NCBI GenBank assembly: GCA_015680685.1
Contig: MNCI01002813.1
Span: forward strand, 1,442,287 to 1,506,286
From: Gnetum montanum
Lineage: Eukaryota; Plantae; Gnetophyta
Reading direction: 5' to 3'
DNA length: 64,000 bases
Positions within the stretch are counted from its first letter, which is position 1. Each line of letters begins with the position of its first letter. A program made the translations under genes and the position numbers. The notes beneath the pieces were generated by a model. That model was not told the DNA's origin and ran no database searches. It saw only the letters and a list, made by a program, of their open reading frames with translations. Below, piece after piece: positions 40,641 through 55,419 of the stretch.

Positions 40641-42719
40641 TTGTAATCACAACATGACCATAGGTTAGCAATTGTTGTGTAACATGAAACAATTAGGACA
40701 CCTTATCTCCTTAGGATAGTTACACTTGGCTAAGTTGTGATTATGATTGATTTAATTAATTTTAATCATTATTTTATTTATGTTTTAATGTCAACAAGTC
40801 ATTTCGAAGGATGTAGAAATGGTGAAATCTCAAAATTTGATGGTTTCATATCATTGTATTCATTAACCCTTTAGCAAAGTTAGAAAAATTTTCAAAAATT
40901 TTCATTGAAAACCTTAAGGTGTGTGGCTCCCATGAAGAGCTTACCTCCAATAGCTATAAGATCAAAGAACGAAATGATTTGGACAAATAGTTTGGAAGTT
41001 ATGCACTTTGGAAGATTTTGGGCTCTAAAAAATGGAAGAAACTCCCCTTGTGTTAAGTATGTAGTGGTATATATAGAGTTTTTGACATATGTTGATGGGG
41101 CTTCATCAATGGGGTCTGCTGCATCAATAGGGCCTCATCGATGCAATTTTTGACCACTATGGACTTCTATTGACTTTGGTCAAATGTCCAAAATACAAGG
41201 AGTTTTTGAGTGAAAGTGGGATCAAATGAAAGCTCACAAAGCCACAAACATGATGCAAATAGTAGAAGAGGGTACTGGAGTTTAGAAAATTTAGAAAACT
41301 AAGAAAATGATGTGAAGAATGAATTTAATGAAAGTTTAAAGGAGCAATGAGCGAGATACACAATGGAATATGCAAAAGATAGGATTGTAGTAATGTCTAA
41401 AGTAAGGAACTTAACTAACCAAGCTAAAATATATGCAAGTGAGTCCTCCCCATAGTAGACACATGCCCTTGTTTCCCTTGCATAACCTCAACGAAGGAGT
41501 TTGTGAGCCCTAGAGTTGATTAATGATAATGAAAAGTTAAGGACCAACCTAAAGAATCTATCTAAGAATTCCAACACATCAAACTAAGACATCGAGCATA
41601 ACATAGAAACTAGTAGTGAGGTGAGTTATGGCAGCATAGATGGATGACTGAGAAGGTGGGATGGAATCCTGAATTAAGATCATAAGAAGTCCCTTGTGGA
41701 TTTTGTGGTTAAAATGACCTAAGAAGATCCATCCTTAGTCCAAAACAAAACCAGCCTCTTTTAGTGACTTTGCATTGCCACTCCAAGATTGATCTACCCA
41801 CTTAAGACACAAGAGTGCTCCCACAAAACAACCATTGTTTCATAAAGAGAGAGCTTTAGTTAGAGGGGACCTTCAAGCATGGGTAACATGTCTTTCTAGC
41901 CCCATAACCAGTGTTTATAGCCCATTTATTTGTCTAAGGAATGTGCTTTGAATTTCCATAATCTATTTTTTTTTTGTGTTTTCTTTTTAAATTTTTAGAT
42001 GGGAACCACATCATGTAAAGACTTTATTTGACTTCCTATTGATGGTTGGAACAGAATGGTAAGTCCATGAAAAGACACTCAAGCACTCAAGCAAGAAAAA
42101 GTAGACAAAGAGTATTGAGTTCCCTTAAAGTCTTTCCCTATACAAATCTTTGAATCCTTCTCAATTTTAGAAACTTCCAAGATCATCAATTGATTAAAAG
42201 TTTTTTTAATGATAGGGACCTCAACTTCCAAACCAAGGAAAACCATAGAGTTTTTTGGATGGATGGATGACATGGACTCACTACATGTTCCATGAAAAAT
42301 AAACCATTTCATACTCATGAGACATCAAAATTCAAAAATAGAAACCAAACATTGATAGTCACAACATTAAGCACAACCCATCATTAGTAAACAACAATAG
42401 TGGAACTATTTCATGTGGTAATAAAGCACTTTTTATTAGCAGAAATAATTAAAATTCATACTTAAATAATACAAAGTGAAATACATATAAGAAACTGTAA
42501 ATTATTCAAGAAAGGTAAAACATACTAACAATGTTGTAAAACAAAAAATAGAGAAAATCAATACAACAAAAAACCAAAGAAAAAGGGAAAAATCAACAAA
42601 GTGTAAAACAAAAAGTGAAAGACTGAGGAGTCATGTAGATGGTTAGCATGGATGGCCATCTTCCCCATGACTATGTTGAAAGGAGGAGATTCGGAAAATG
42701 GAGTGTGGTTTTCCATCCA

Positions 42720-45700
42720 TTGAGGTGGTAGTTGCACTCGCTTATCTTGGTCCTGGAAAAGGTTTCACTTGTTGGATGTTGATCGATTGCTTTTTATTTG
42801 GGCTTTTAGGCTTGTAGATTAACATGGCCCAAGAGGAAAAGGTTTGATCAATTAAATAAGGTCCTTCCTACAACATTTGGAACTTTTTCTTTTGAGGTAC
42901 GTGTGTGGGGTTCTAGTAGAGAACCTTATCTTCCAATTGAAATTTCACTTTCTATATTTTGAGGTCATGATGTTGCTTATTGAATGCCTTATGCACCTCA
43001 TTCAAAGATAGGACCACTAATTTATTTTCATCTAGCATGTTGAGGTTGATCAATCTTTCTTTCTATGCTAGACTTAGGTCAAGATTCAAATCATAGACTA
43101 TTAAAAATGTATGAAGCTCAAATTGAATTGAGAGCATTGAGAGTTTTCTGTACACTAGCTCATAGGGAGAATAGCCAATAGGAAGGTTCCATGTTAAGTG
43201 GTAGGCCTAGAGGGCATCATTAAGTTTTGTACTCCAATCCTTCTTATATTTGCTGATGGTTCTTGTTAGGATCTTTATGATTTACCTCTGGTTAACCATT
43301 GGCTTGGGGGTGATAGGGTGTTGTTAATTTATGTTCAATCCCAAAATGTTGCATCAACTTTCTAAAAGTGGCACTAGATTCATTGTTAGAAATTAGTGCA
43401 TGTGATACCCCAAACCTCTTTACAATATTGTATTGTATAAATCTAGAAAGAGTGGATGATGTACAATCAGTGATAACTACTACTTCTTTCCATTTGGTGC
43501 AGTAATTGACTACTACAATGATATACGCCTTTCCATTGAACATGGGTGCAATGGGAACCATAAAGTCAATGCCCCATATGTCAAAGGGCTCTAGTGGTTA
43601 AACCCACTATTGAGGATCCTCCATTCACATGGTCATCCCACCATCTCTTTAATAGTGTTCACAAGATTGGACAAACTAGTGGGAATTCCTAAAGATTGTA
43701 GGCTAATAGTATCCCACCATTAGAATTTTTATGGTCATGCATCTCCCTACATAGTGGCCTCTGCAAGGCCCTTTGTGAGCATCCTAGATAACACATAGTT
43801 AATCTTCATCAAGGACACACCAACAAATCCACACCTTGTAGAGGTGTTTGTTGATTTAAATGAAGTATTTGGCCTGATGAAGAAATTGTTTCTTCTTTCT
43901 AAAGTCAAGATCTTGTGGCATCTCTTAAGTGAGAAGATGGGTGAGGATGTCATTGTACCATGTTCGTTCTATAGGTACTTGGTCATTTATTGCTCTTGTA
44001 AAGAGGAGTTCATTTGAAAACTAATCAGAGAGTAGACTCTCCTCCTCTTTATTATCCCATCTTAATTGAGAGAGGTGGTCAATGACCACATTCTTAATCC
44101 CTTTCTGATCTACAATCGTGAGACCGAATTCTTGTAAGATCATGAGCCACCTTATGATATGGGGGCTCATCATCAACTTGTTCATTAGGAAGTAGATGGA
44201 ATTGTGGTCTGTGTCACAAATACTTTATAATCAAGCACATAGTACCTAAATTTTTCAAGAGTAGACATCACTGCCATTAATTCTTTCTCCATTGTGGTGT
44301 AATTTAGCTATGCACCTACAATGCTTCGGCTTGCGTAGTGGATGTAATATGGGCATTTTTTATCATCCAAATACATAAGCACTACTCCCAATGCATAATT
44401 AGATGCATCTATCATTATGTGAAATGGTTTGAACCAATGTGGTGCATGTTGAATTGGAGTTTCTACAAATTTTTCCTTCAATTTTTGGAATGCATGTTCG
44501 CACTCATTGGTTTGGATGAATAGAGCATCTATTTTTGTAAGCTCAACCAATGACTTTGCGATCTTAGAGAAATTCTCTATGAATTGTTGATAGTAGCTAG
44601 TATGTCCAAAGAATGATCAAACATCTTTAACTATCTCTCATTGGCATGGTATTCCTTGGATGATCCTTATCTTCTCTGGGTCTACCTCAATCCATTCTTG
44701 TGAAATTTGGTGTCCTAATACTATGCCTTCATGAACTATTAGATGTCTTTTCTAGCAATTGAGCCTAAGGTTTATTTTAACACATATTTTTAGAACCTAC
44801 TCAAGGTGATCCAAGGCTTGCTCAAATGTAGCCCCATAGGTAGAGAAGTCATCCATGAAGACTTCTACCCTACTACTAATTTGTTATAGGAAAATACTAA
44901 GGACCAAGCGTTGAAATGTTGTAGGGGCATTGCATAGACCAAATGGCATCTTAAAATATGCAAAAGTCCCCAAAAGACTTGTGAATGTTATCTTGGCCTG
45001 AGGTGCAATTTGGATTCGGTTATAGCCACTATAACCATCCAAGAAGCTATAATATCGATGCCTGGAGATAGTGTCCAACATTTGGTCCATAAATGGCAAT
45101 GGAAAATTATCTTTAAATGTTACCATGTTCAACAACCTAAAGTTTATGCAAACCCATCACTTGCCACCTTTCTTTGGCACAATTATGAGTGGGCTAACCC
45201 ACTCACTGTCCATGATGGGATAGATGAACCTCACCTTAAGGAGTTGTTCTATTTCTTCCTTGATAATCTACTTCAATTTGGGATTCAGCTGTCTCTATGG
45301 CTACCTTCTTGGCTTCATGGTAGGATCAATGTAAATGTGATGCTGGCATATCCTTGAATCAATTCCAATCAACTCAAGATATGACCAAGCAAAGGCTATT
45401 GGCCATTTTTTCATCATCTTCAATAACTTTTCTTTTTATTCAAGAGCTTACCATTATTTAAGAATGCATACTTCATGTTGGTTGGTAAATTTTTCAACTC
45501 GAGGGGCTCCTGCTTGAAGTTATTAGGGATTTCCAACTCTTCCCAATAGGTATCATCATCTTCAACATTAAAGAGTTGTTGATGAACTTGCTCAAGTTCA
45601 TCCGTGCTTTCAACATCAGCACATGTTAGGCTCTCAGTTGGTTCCATGCATAATGTATTACTATCTGAGTCAGCTATTAGCCACTAGATGCCCTCCTGTT

Positions 45701-48700
45701 TTGTGGCTACTGCATAGAAACACCTTTGATTATCTGTTTCTTGTATACATTGATTGCATGCTTTAATGTATGTACTTTTGATTGATTAAATCTTTTACAT
45801 GCAATTACACCTGCTATCATTGTATGCGATGCATGGCATATGCTTCTTCTCTATTCTTCCAAATTCATTTTCCTTGGAGATTTCCAAGGAGAGATCCCTT
45901 ATGCCCATACGTGCATCAACCATGCTTAACCATGCTCTTCCCATAATTATGGGGATGTCACCTTTGTATTTTTTAACCTTAATCACTAGAAAATTGGTAG
46001 GATAGGACCATCCACTAACTATGATCACAATGTCCTTCACTAATCCCAAAGGAATAATGATTATATAGTCTGCAAATTCTAAATGGATGTTGCTCTTCTT
46101 GAGAGGTGGTAAGTTCCATGCCTTGTACATGTCATAAGAGATGAGATTGACACTAGAACCAGAATCAAGAAAAACCTTGCATGGATCATGTCCAATGATC
46201 TATAGGTAAGTGAGTGGACTTCCTAGGTCAGATCTTTTCATGGAAAAATTGCCAACCTTGATCCAATTGAAAACATCATGAGTTAACATCATAGTTAGGA
46301 TCCAAGGTAACATTTAGTTTGAAGGGCACTCAAAGGTGTTTGATGTAGAGGATGAGGGTGTTCGGGATGTAGGGTGACTAGCTGCATTAGGTTGTGAGGG
46401 ATTGGGAGGATTGTTGGATCAAAGAAAGGTCATTTCCTAGATCAATTATCTAAACCACTTAGTGGAAAATTTGGTTGTGAATGTACAAGCCTTATAGCAT
46501 TTCTTTGCTACAGCTATGAAGGAATTTTTCCTTGCATGGATGGAGTAAGAGGTAACTAGGTTGAGGGTGGAGGGATGTGTGCAAATAGATGCGAAGGATG
46601 GTATGGATATGGGTTCTCTCTTAGAGTAGATGGTGAATGTGTTAAGTGGTACTTTGGAGGGTAATAGTGATGTTGAAATGAGGCATGGCCTGTAGAACTT
46701 CTTGGAGAAATGGTTTCTTGAACATAGTACTTGCATGGATCTAGTTGCCTATAGGGGTATTTTTGCCTTGGTGGTGGCATTCCCCATGATTGTAGTTGGT
46801 GCCACTATTGGTATTACTCATATGGTTGTGGTGGAGCTTCACTTGGATAATAAGCTTGTTGTTGCTACTGGAACTACCTTGGATTACCTTCAAGATAAGG
46901 CAATCATGTAGGCACTTTCATACATGCTAGTTGAGGATTCAATGTGTACACCCCATACTCTTGTAAGTGTGATACTATAAGGCAACATCCCTTTGGATAT
47001 TCATATTGACAAATTTCACAACCAGTATCATCTTCAAAGTCTATCTCAACCACTTCTTCTACTATGATAGCCTTGCCCTTATCTCTCTCCTAGGCACGTT
47101 CAACTTCTTTCTGTCTCCTGTAATCATGATCACTATCTTGTTCTTTGGATGCCTCATCAATTTTCATAGTAGTTTGGGACTTTTCATCCAAAGAGTCCCA
47201 TAATTTATCGACCTTTGCCAAAATGTCAAAAATATATTTTTGAATAGGCAAGGTTTTCCTATTCATCACTTCATCGAGTGGTAACTCCTCCTCATCAAAA
47301 AAATCATACCTCCCTTTTTCTTATGGAAGGATCCCTATTATACTCTTTTGCACTTTCTATTTTTTGCAACTCACCTTCTTTTTTTGCTACCTACTCTATA
47401 TGCTTTTGGATTTTTTGGGCTCTTAATTCAAATAGTCTCCCTTGGGCATAAACCCTAAGAGTTCTTTTAGTTTCTACTATAATCCCATCTATGATGTGGT
47501 AGAGTTGTTCCCTTTGAGAATAACCATGGCCATGACATCAATGTAAGAGAGAATAATATTTGTCCATGGAAGGATCCAAGGGTTTGTATGTTCCTTATTT
47601 CTAGAACTAGATTTTCCTTCTTAAGTTAAACACTTTGGAGTATGTTTGGTATTTATCATTAAAGAGTTCTAACATGGTACTCCATCATCGAATGGATTTG
47701 GGCTCCAAGGACTAGTACTAGCTTTTAGTTTCCTTGATGAGTTTCTTGAGAAAGATCTTGTAGATGTATTTACAAATCAAAATTGTATTCCCCTTCAGAT
47801 CTTGGAATATTATTCATGCCTAAGCATTTGATTCGACTATCCTTCACATGCATGGTTGGGATCTTTACTACCTCTACAATGTTAAGCATACTTCTAGTCA
47901 CCAATGGAGGCTCATCATCATCATTATTATGTTGTCTATAATAATGTCCTCTATTACCTTGATGTTCTTGGTAGGCTCTACAATCCTTATTGTCTTGCTG
48001 ATCATCTTCATCACAATTATTTCTCTGGTGGCTTCTATCAAAACCAGATGATGAAGAGGAATGTTTGAAATTGGATGAAGAGGATGGAGAGGAAGGTGGA
48101 CTGCCACCACCACCATAGTATCCACCACCACCTCTTCACTCATTACAATCACCATCCTTAGATCCCTTGCCACTATGATGTTTACCCAAGTCCCTACCTT
48201 GAGTGTGACTTTTTCCTAAACTTTGTTTATGAATAGTGGATCGCAAGTTCAAGGTCACACCCTCATCACCAACAATAGAGGATGGAGAATTATAATGTTG
48301 GAAATACTCAAGGGAAGGATCCACATTATCATCTTGGTTTAGCAGGAACAAAAGTTTGGTGAAGTGTTTTCCCTTTGTAAATGCATGGTGCTTTTCCTAG
48401 TATCGATCTCTCCTACATTGTGATTCAGTGGGACAGTAGTCTTGAGTGTCATAACCATTCACAATGTATTCTTCAAGAAGATTTAGGATGCCCAACTTTT
48501 TAATAGTTTGAAAGAGCATTCATGGCACAGATCGATCAAGGGTTAATACGATGTTGCCCTTTATGTCATGCCATTGCAGCTACTCATCCTAGTGTAAGAT
48601 GAAGGTGAAGTCTAGTACATACTCATCTGGATGAGTATATACCACTTTGCACTCTTATGGGACCAATGGGTTGACATCTTCATGCCTATGGGAAGAAGAC
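42720..48700 (-). pseudogene. gag-pol of element D
   Basis: Protease FLDSGSSVNL (about 46170). RT FLDGYSGYN, MPFGLCNAPTTFQR, VFMDDF. RH DASNYALG. INT WGIDF, TPYHPQANG, EGPY. Confidence 0.92.
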
Positions 48701-48835
48701 ATCTTGCAAAACAAATAAAATTTTTAGTGTGCTTAGTAGCTATATTTTGTGTGAAGGTGATGTTGACCTTGAGTTCATCCAATAATATTAATAATAGTCA
48801 CTAATCCTAGATAGCACACGTTCAACAAATAAATT

Positions 48836-48852
48836 CCTTGACATTGGTGCTA
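48836..48852 (-). promoter_or_regulatory. Decayed PBS of element D (Athila tRNA-Asp type)
   Basis: TAGCACCAATGTCAAGG versus Athila-type TGGCGCCGTTGCCGGGG: 7 differences, 6 of them transitions. Lies 1 nt from the LTR. Confidence 0.6.
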
Positions 48853-48853
48853 A

Positions 48854-49770
48854 TGATGAGTGACGAGGTACCCCTACGCCTAACCATACGAGTCACAAAG
48901 CGTTCACGCATGATTCAATCAAATTCTATGGACTTTATAATTCTTAGTGCACTAGTCTTCTAGGTAGTGAACATTACCCTAAGGTCATTCATTGTCTTCC
49001 CGATTACACTTGTGAAATACAAAGGTATGGTTAAGTGAAATTGAGGCATATTTTTTTATCATTTTATGTTTTATGTCCTTTGATGCTTTGAAGAGAGAGA
49101 TAAACTAATTTAATGACTAATCTAAATTGACTAACTAACTACTCTCTAACTAATCCTAACATAAGCATCTAGTCCCACTTTCCATACATGTTTTGAATCC
49201 ACGTATCCACTGCTAGGCTACCAAGTGCTATGCCACTGGGTGCACCAAGCAATAATGTTGCTGAGATTACCAAGCGAATACATGTTACACTCAAAGTGGT
49301 CATACTTATGTATTTAATCTATCTAGCTTATCTTGCTTAATTAGCTTAATTATTGAAAAACATTAGATAATTAACTAAAAGCATTAAATACATAAATAAA
49401 TATCTAAACTATCTAGAATGCTACAAGTTTTATCAAGAAGTTTGTCTTTATTGTCATATCCACTATCATGCTTAGGTACAACAATGCTTGAATAAAGATG
49501 TATACACTCAATGACTTATATTGCAAGCACTTGAGAGAAATATTCTAGTTTCAAATGAATAAACTACAAGATTTTAGCTACTACTATCTATCAGACGCCA
49601 TAAATGTAGTTGGTGAGTATGTATTTATAGTAAAAAAAATAGACGCTATGTCAACAAGGCCATGTTGATGCAACAAATGATGCATCGATGGGATTACATC
49701 AATGCAACAAACAATGTGTCAACGGGGCCATGTCGGCAATGCTATGTTGATGAGTTCTCTTTAATGCAGC
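48854..49770 (-). repeat. 5' LTR of element D
   Basis: Direct repeat of 36821-37676. Outer boundary uncertain and no TSD found. Confidence 0.85.
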
Positions 49771-50199
49771 CAACTATGACCCATTACCCATTTAGTTGGA
49801 TAGCCTAACTATGGTGGCAATGCTAGATTGCCTACAAGTTCTTAAGTGCCATAGGAAGATAACCTAGAGGGCATTATAGTGTACCATCCAACATCAAAAA
49901 ATATTTTCCTTGCTTTCCTTCCTACTTAATTTAGTATCTTAATATTATTTTCCAAGTTATTTGATTATACTTCCATTATAATTCCACATGTGTGATGGAC
50001 TATCACAATGAACGATCATGTTTTATCAACATTTGGGAATGGGATGTGACATTTGCTATTGATGCAAGCCATGATTCAAGAGCTAAATGGAATAAAATAG
50101 TATTAAAATGTATTATTAATATATGGATGAGATACATCGAATATGGAAATATATGTATGATACATCAAGAATAGGGATATGGAAAGAAGCAAAAGAAGA

Positions 50200-52600
50200 G
50201 ATTAGTCATCCAGTTTAAAGACCTTGAGAAGATCAGTAACATTCTTTGATTAGGCCTCACATTTCTCCTTTGTAGCATCATCCTCATTCATTACTACTTG
50301 GCATCTGACCAAACCATCCTATAGTTGTTTTATTTATTTGAGAGTACTCTTTGCTATAGCCTATGCCTCATCCATCTTCGCAAGTTTAATTTCCAATAGA
50401 TTCATTTGAAGGGTCTATTGGGCCACACCTTCTTGTTATTATTTTTCTTTCCTTTGCATACAAAAGATTAAGGATATGAGGGAAATAATAATAATAAAAT
50501 GAAAAAGAAAAAAATGAGAAAATAGGAATTTCTTGTGTGAAGTTGATCATTCTCAATTTTGATGATGCATTTTTTGCTCAACAAATAACAAGCAAGGCAA
50601 GTGGCACTCTCTAATTCTCCTAAGAGCTATTTGAGATTTCTGATAACTTTTGGAACACCCTTGAAAATATCATGAAAGGAGGATGTAGCATCAATCTGAA
50701 AAAACTCATAATCTCCCTTAAAGTCACAAGATTTGGACTCCCTCAAGTGGTACAATTCTTCAAGAATGCAATAAGGTGTGTTCCTCATAATTCATTTACT
50801 AAAATTCCAAAGAAGAACCATTCTTCTTCGACAACCACCATCTATCCTAACAAAAAAGGAGAATCCATGATGGTGACAGAAAGAGTTACAATAAAAGACC
50901 CAAGAATTGAAGACATCGGAATAGCCTATGATAAAGTGCCTCTTACTGAGGTCACATGTGGTGATTTTGATGGTGGGGTTAGAGTTTGTTCAAAGCTAGT
51001 ATGGGTGGTAGTATCCTTTTCCCAATTCTCAGATGAAGTACCTCCAACCTAGAGATATCTACAATACAAAGTGAACATCACATAAGAAGAATAAAGAAAA
51101 GGGAAGTATTAAACCACTATATGATTGAATTTACCTTTGGTTCCTTTCTTTATCTTTTTATTCAGCACTTAAAATTACTTGGTTGTTAGAACCCTGACCA
51201 ATACATTGTTTCTAATTTTTTAAAAATTTAGAATTAGAAATAAAAAATAAAAAACAATAATCAAATGGGAAATTAAATAAAATTTAAAAAAAAAACCTTA
51301 GAATTGAGCTCTATCGTCACCACATCCTCCCTTCTTGGGGTTGCCTTATCTTCTTTAGGAATCAAAGCACCTTCCATTGGTTCATTTTGTAGCCCAAATT
51401 GCATTGCAAATAAATACATAAAAATAAATAGTTAACAAAAAATTATAATCACATATATAAGTATATATAATACCTCATTAGTTCCTTCAAGGTTTTTGGC
51501 TTGTTTGAGTTATTTGATCTTTCTTTGCATCCTTAATCTAACCCCTCACAACTCTCTCTTCTTAAACTTAGGATGTAAACCAAGATTGAAATGGCTAAGA
51601 AGATTTATTAAAGAATTATAACTTAAAATTAAGAACATGATCATGAGTACACAACATATCATGTAAGGTTTCTATGGATTTTTCTTGGTGGTAGTAGCAT
51701 GTTCCATGGTAGAATGCAAGGCAAAACAAAAACAAAAACAAAACAATGACCAATTATAAACCCTACCAATTTGGCACCATGAAGAATATAGATGGAATAG
51801 GCATTAACATAGGAATGTTGTGGATTCCATAAAACCTTACTTTATATAAATTGACTTACTTCAAAATCAATTTCATTAATAAAATCAAGGAGATAATATA
51901 AGCTTTTGTGAATAGCTAAGTCATGAACATAATCAAATAACTCTCCTTAGCATAACATTTGAAACTTAGGAGAGAAAATAGTAGGGATTAAAGGATTTTC
52001 CCCTAAGTGAAAACCAAAAACTGACTGAATATTAGCCAAAGAAATCACTAATGGTCAAAAAGTCATTTTTGAAGTAGAACTTTCACTTTTACTATAGACA
52101 TTACATCATTGTGTTATAAGACTGATGTTTTAAAAATAGAAAAGACAAGTAGCTCATACAATCTATAAACTATAAGATATTGAAACTCCTTTACTCTAAG
52201 TAAGTTACAAAAAAAATTGGAAGCTGCAACTACATTATTTTGGTGCAAAATAATAGATATTGTTTTAGGGCTACTTGAAGGAGCTTGAGAGGAACACTTA
52301 GGAGGAGCCATGCTATCATGCTTGTACAAATCTTCTTTGTCTTTAAAATCTTTGCAATTCTTGTGCTAGATAAACAAACACTTCCTTTCTCATGGATTTA
52401 TTAAAAATCCAAAAACCTTAGGTGTGAAAAAAGAGGTAGTTACAAATTAAGCTAATTAAAAAGTAATGAAAGCTAATGACTACCTTTTATAATTTTCTAA
52501 TTAATAATTTGAGAAATCTAGTGTTGTTATGAGATGAAGACATGGTGCTCTCCGAGATGATATTAACGGTATCAATTTTGTTGAAATCTAACTTACAGTT
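50200..52600 (-). pseudogene. Decayed multi-exon antisense ORF in the presumed 3' region of element B, unknown product with a coiled-coil-like end
   Basis: Exon-like blocks separated by AT-rich spacers with GT/AG-like ends (about 51297-51410, 50530-51058, 50200-50460). Long frames are broken mainly by TAG/TGA codons. Confidence 0.45.
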
Positions 52601-53457
52601 TGGGAGATATAGAGTTTCTTATTTTTTGTATGATTTATAAAAAAATTAATTTTTTTTGGATAAATTTAAATAAAAAATTAAAATAAGGTGGCAGGTTCAA
52701 ACCCAATCCCACTATTTTAAAAAAATATATAAAAATAATAAAATAGGGAAAGGGGCAACGAAAGCCCACAAGGGTCATGGCCATTGGGCCATGTAGCTCT
52801 TCAAAGCTTGCACTGACCCTTGAAGCCATGAAGCTATGCCAACCCTTGAAGCTGTGAAGCCACATTGATCCTTGAAGTCACACCACTTGCAGTCATCATG
52901 CTATCCACTGCTACCAATATTTTCATCCATTGCCAAGCCATCCTTGGTTGCCATGATTTCCATCTACTTCCATGCCATCCTCTTCCACCATGCCATCTGT
53001 AGTTGAAGTCAGTATCAGTGAGAGTTCAATCATGGTCAATGACTTGGTCCAACTCCTCTTCATCCCATGTGATGTTGATGTGGCAAAGGTAGCCCCAAAA
53101 AAAAGTAGCCAGCAAGCACACAACCTTCTCATCTAGAGTCTAGACATGCTACCATTACATCACAATTTCACCACCATTATGCACCCAAATCTAGAGTCAC
53201 CCACCATCATCATTATGTGCCTTGATTTACAAGGCCACGTGCTAACCAATGTCATCACCACCTACAAACCCTTACCGCTACTACACACTACATACACAAA
53301 ACCCTTGTCCATTGCCACTACCTGCATTACCATCATTCTTGCAAGATGTGCTGCTCCACTGCTATTCCTTGCATAGTTTTCTGCTAGCATCGAGAATAGT
53401 TGCATCATGGACACCATTAGAATTGGGAAAAGTTTCCTTTTTCCAACGTGTCGTGAA

Positions 53458-53785
53458 CACCATCAGTGTTGAGAATAATTGCCTCCTTCAACACCCTATA
53501 GGTACCACAAACGCTAGAAATAGCTACCTCCTTCAGTGTGCCACAAATAATACTGGCACTAGGAATAGCTACATCCTCCAATAACCATGGACACGATTGA
53601 CATCAAGAATAACTGCCTCCTCTGGCACCCTTCACGATGTCCTCCAGTGTGCTATGAACATTTTTGACATGGGGAATAGTTGCCTCCTCTGGCACCTGTG
53701 AACATTGCTAACACTAGGAATAGCTGCCTCATCTAGCATACCACAAATGAAAAATGTTGTCTTCTCTGACACCCACAAACACCAT
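53458..53785. repeat. Degenerate tandem array, unit about 45 bp, about 6-7 copies
   Basis: Recurring (G/A)AATA(G/A)(C/T)T(G/A)CCTCCT core spaced mostly about 44-45 nt apart. Confidence 0.75.
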
Positions 53786-55154
53786 TGGTGCTATGCTACG
53801 TAGCATAGCATGGTGCTTCATTCCGTGATTGTTTTCTGATACTTTCTACGCTACATAGCGAGGTGTAGTGTAGCATAGTAGACTTCATGACTTAGACAAC
53901 TTGTTGAACTATTTCGTGCATCCTGAGCGGTGCTATCAACTCTATGCACCATTTTTGGGCAGGTTGTTGGTTGGGTAGGCTACTTGGGTGGATAGGCGGG
54001 ATGATCCGTAGAGCTTGTTCATGCCCAAAGTAGAAACTTTGCTGAACTGGCTGACCTAAATTTAAAGCGTTCTCCTCCCAAAGAATTGTTGTGGTGCTAC
54101 ACAAATTGCAAGGCCTGGTGAAGTGAGAATGACTTTGAATTTTTTGGGGTGTTTCATTGGCCCCTCTTTGTCAACGTCTAGAGGGCAAGCTCGAGAGACA
54201 TTGACAAAGAATACGAAACACCTTGGAAGAGGTGATGCTAATGTTGTCTCTTGGTGATTTCTGGGACATTTCTTGGCTACGCTTGAGACTGTTGCATTGG
54301 TTTTGCAGAGGTTAAGGCAGAGAGCAAAGATGATGTTTAGTAGAGTCCCTCGTTGGAGTGCTCATGAGGGACTCATTCGCATTTTCATCTTTGGCTAGTG
54401 CTGTTCTTTAACCTCTCATAGGATAGGTGTTTCCTTCACAAGATGAGTTGTGTTACATCCATGAAAGATTTTGACTTGCCTACAGATGTTTTCTATATGA
54501 TGAGTTGTGTTACACACATCATGAAATTTGCACTCTGAAGTAGCTAGGCAGGTTGAGGCACTCGCTTCGTGACATGGTAGCATTTGTTGTTGTCGTAAGC
54601 CATGCCCTCGGGGGCAAAGGTCTTGCTCGCTGCTGACATTGTTGAAGCTGTTGGACATTATTGCTAGTGTATGATGTCCAAAGCAGAAAGGCCAACAACG
54701 GCCTTGGCAGCATTGGCATGGAGGAGCTGGCCTCGAAGACGCTATTTTGAGTGTGGATGCACTAGAATCCCTACTAGGGGCCTGCATTCCTAGTTTAGCT
54801 ATGGGATCATCTACTGCATAACCAAATGTTGTTGGCAGGGGGCTAGAGGGTAACAATATCGTGGCTGGCCCACAATACTGCCGGAATTCTAGTTGTAGGA
54901 AATAGCCAAGGGACTACCATCAAGGTAATAGGTCATGGCGACAGTAGGTTCGAAGGGCAATTGTAATGTCATACGAAAACTCTAGAGGGTCAACATAATG
55001 CCAAGGGTGGTAGCATTGCATATGTTCTAGACCGCATTCCTATTGTGTCGTGAACGGCGCTTTGGAGCTACGATGATCCACCCACACATCGACATTGCAC
55101 CCACTCGTTTGATGTGTATTTGGTGCTAGTGAATGTTAGGGGTGCGACGTGAAC

Positions 55155-55410
55155 CTAGTTTAAGGTCTTGGTAGACCATGTGCTGGTTTAAGGTCCCAGT
55201 GGATCATTGTGCTGATTTAAGATCCCGGGAGACAGTACATGCTAGTTTAACGTCATAGCGGATGCGCTGTGCTAGTTTTACGTCATGGCAGACTAGTTGT
55301 GCCAGTTTTACGTCATGGAAAATAGTGCTTCATGCCGCTAGTTTAACATCATTGCGGACGCTGCTAGCTGCTATTGCCAGTTTATGGTCATAGTGGATGC
55401 TGCTCAGTGC
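55155..55410. repeat. Tandem array of about 30-bp units (CTAGTTTAAGGTC core), about 8 copies
   Basis: Directly visible repeats just downstream of the integrase stop of element C. Confidence 0.8.
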
Positions 55411-55419
55411 CACTGTGCT

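Larger units (their letters stand above)
36821..49770 (-). mobile_element. Athila-like Ty3/gypsy element D, near full length, nested in B
   Basis: Direct repeats 36821-37676 and 48854-about 49770. Decayed tRNA-Asp-type PBS. gag-PR-RT-RH-INT with no aRH, plus a long downstream ORF2. Confidence 0.9.

Noticed and set aside
47848-48351. Hydrophobic short ORFs in element D
   Set aside because: Alternative frames of low-complexity ATC/ACC-rich gag sequence.
53458-55410. Repeat arrays that superficially resemble CRISPR repeats
   Set aside because: Eukaryotic retroelement context, degenerate units, no unique spacers and no cas genes.
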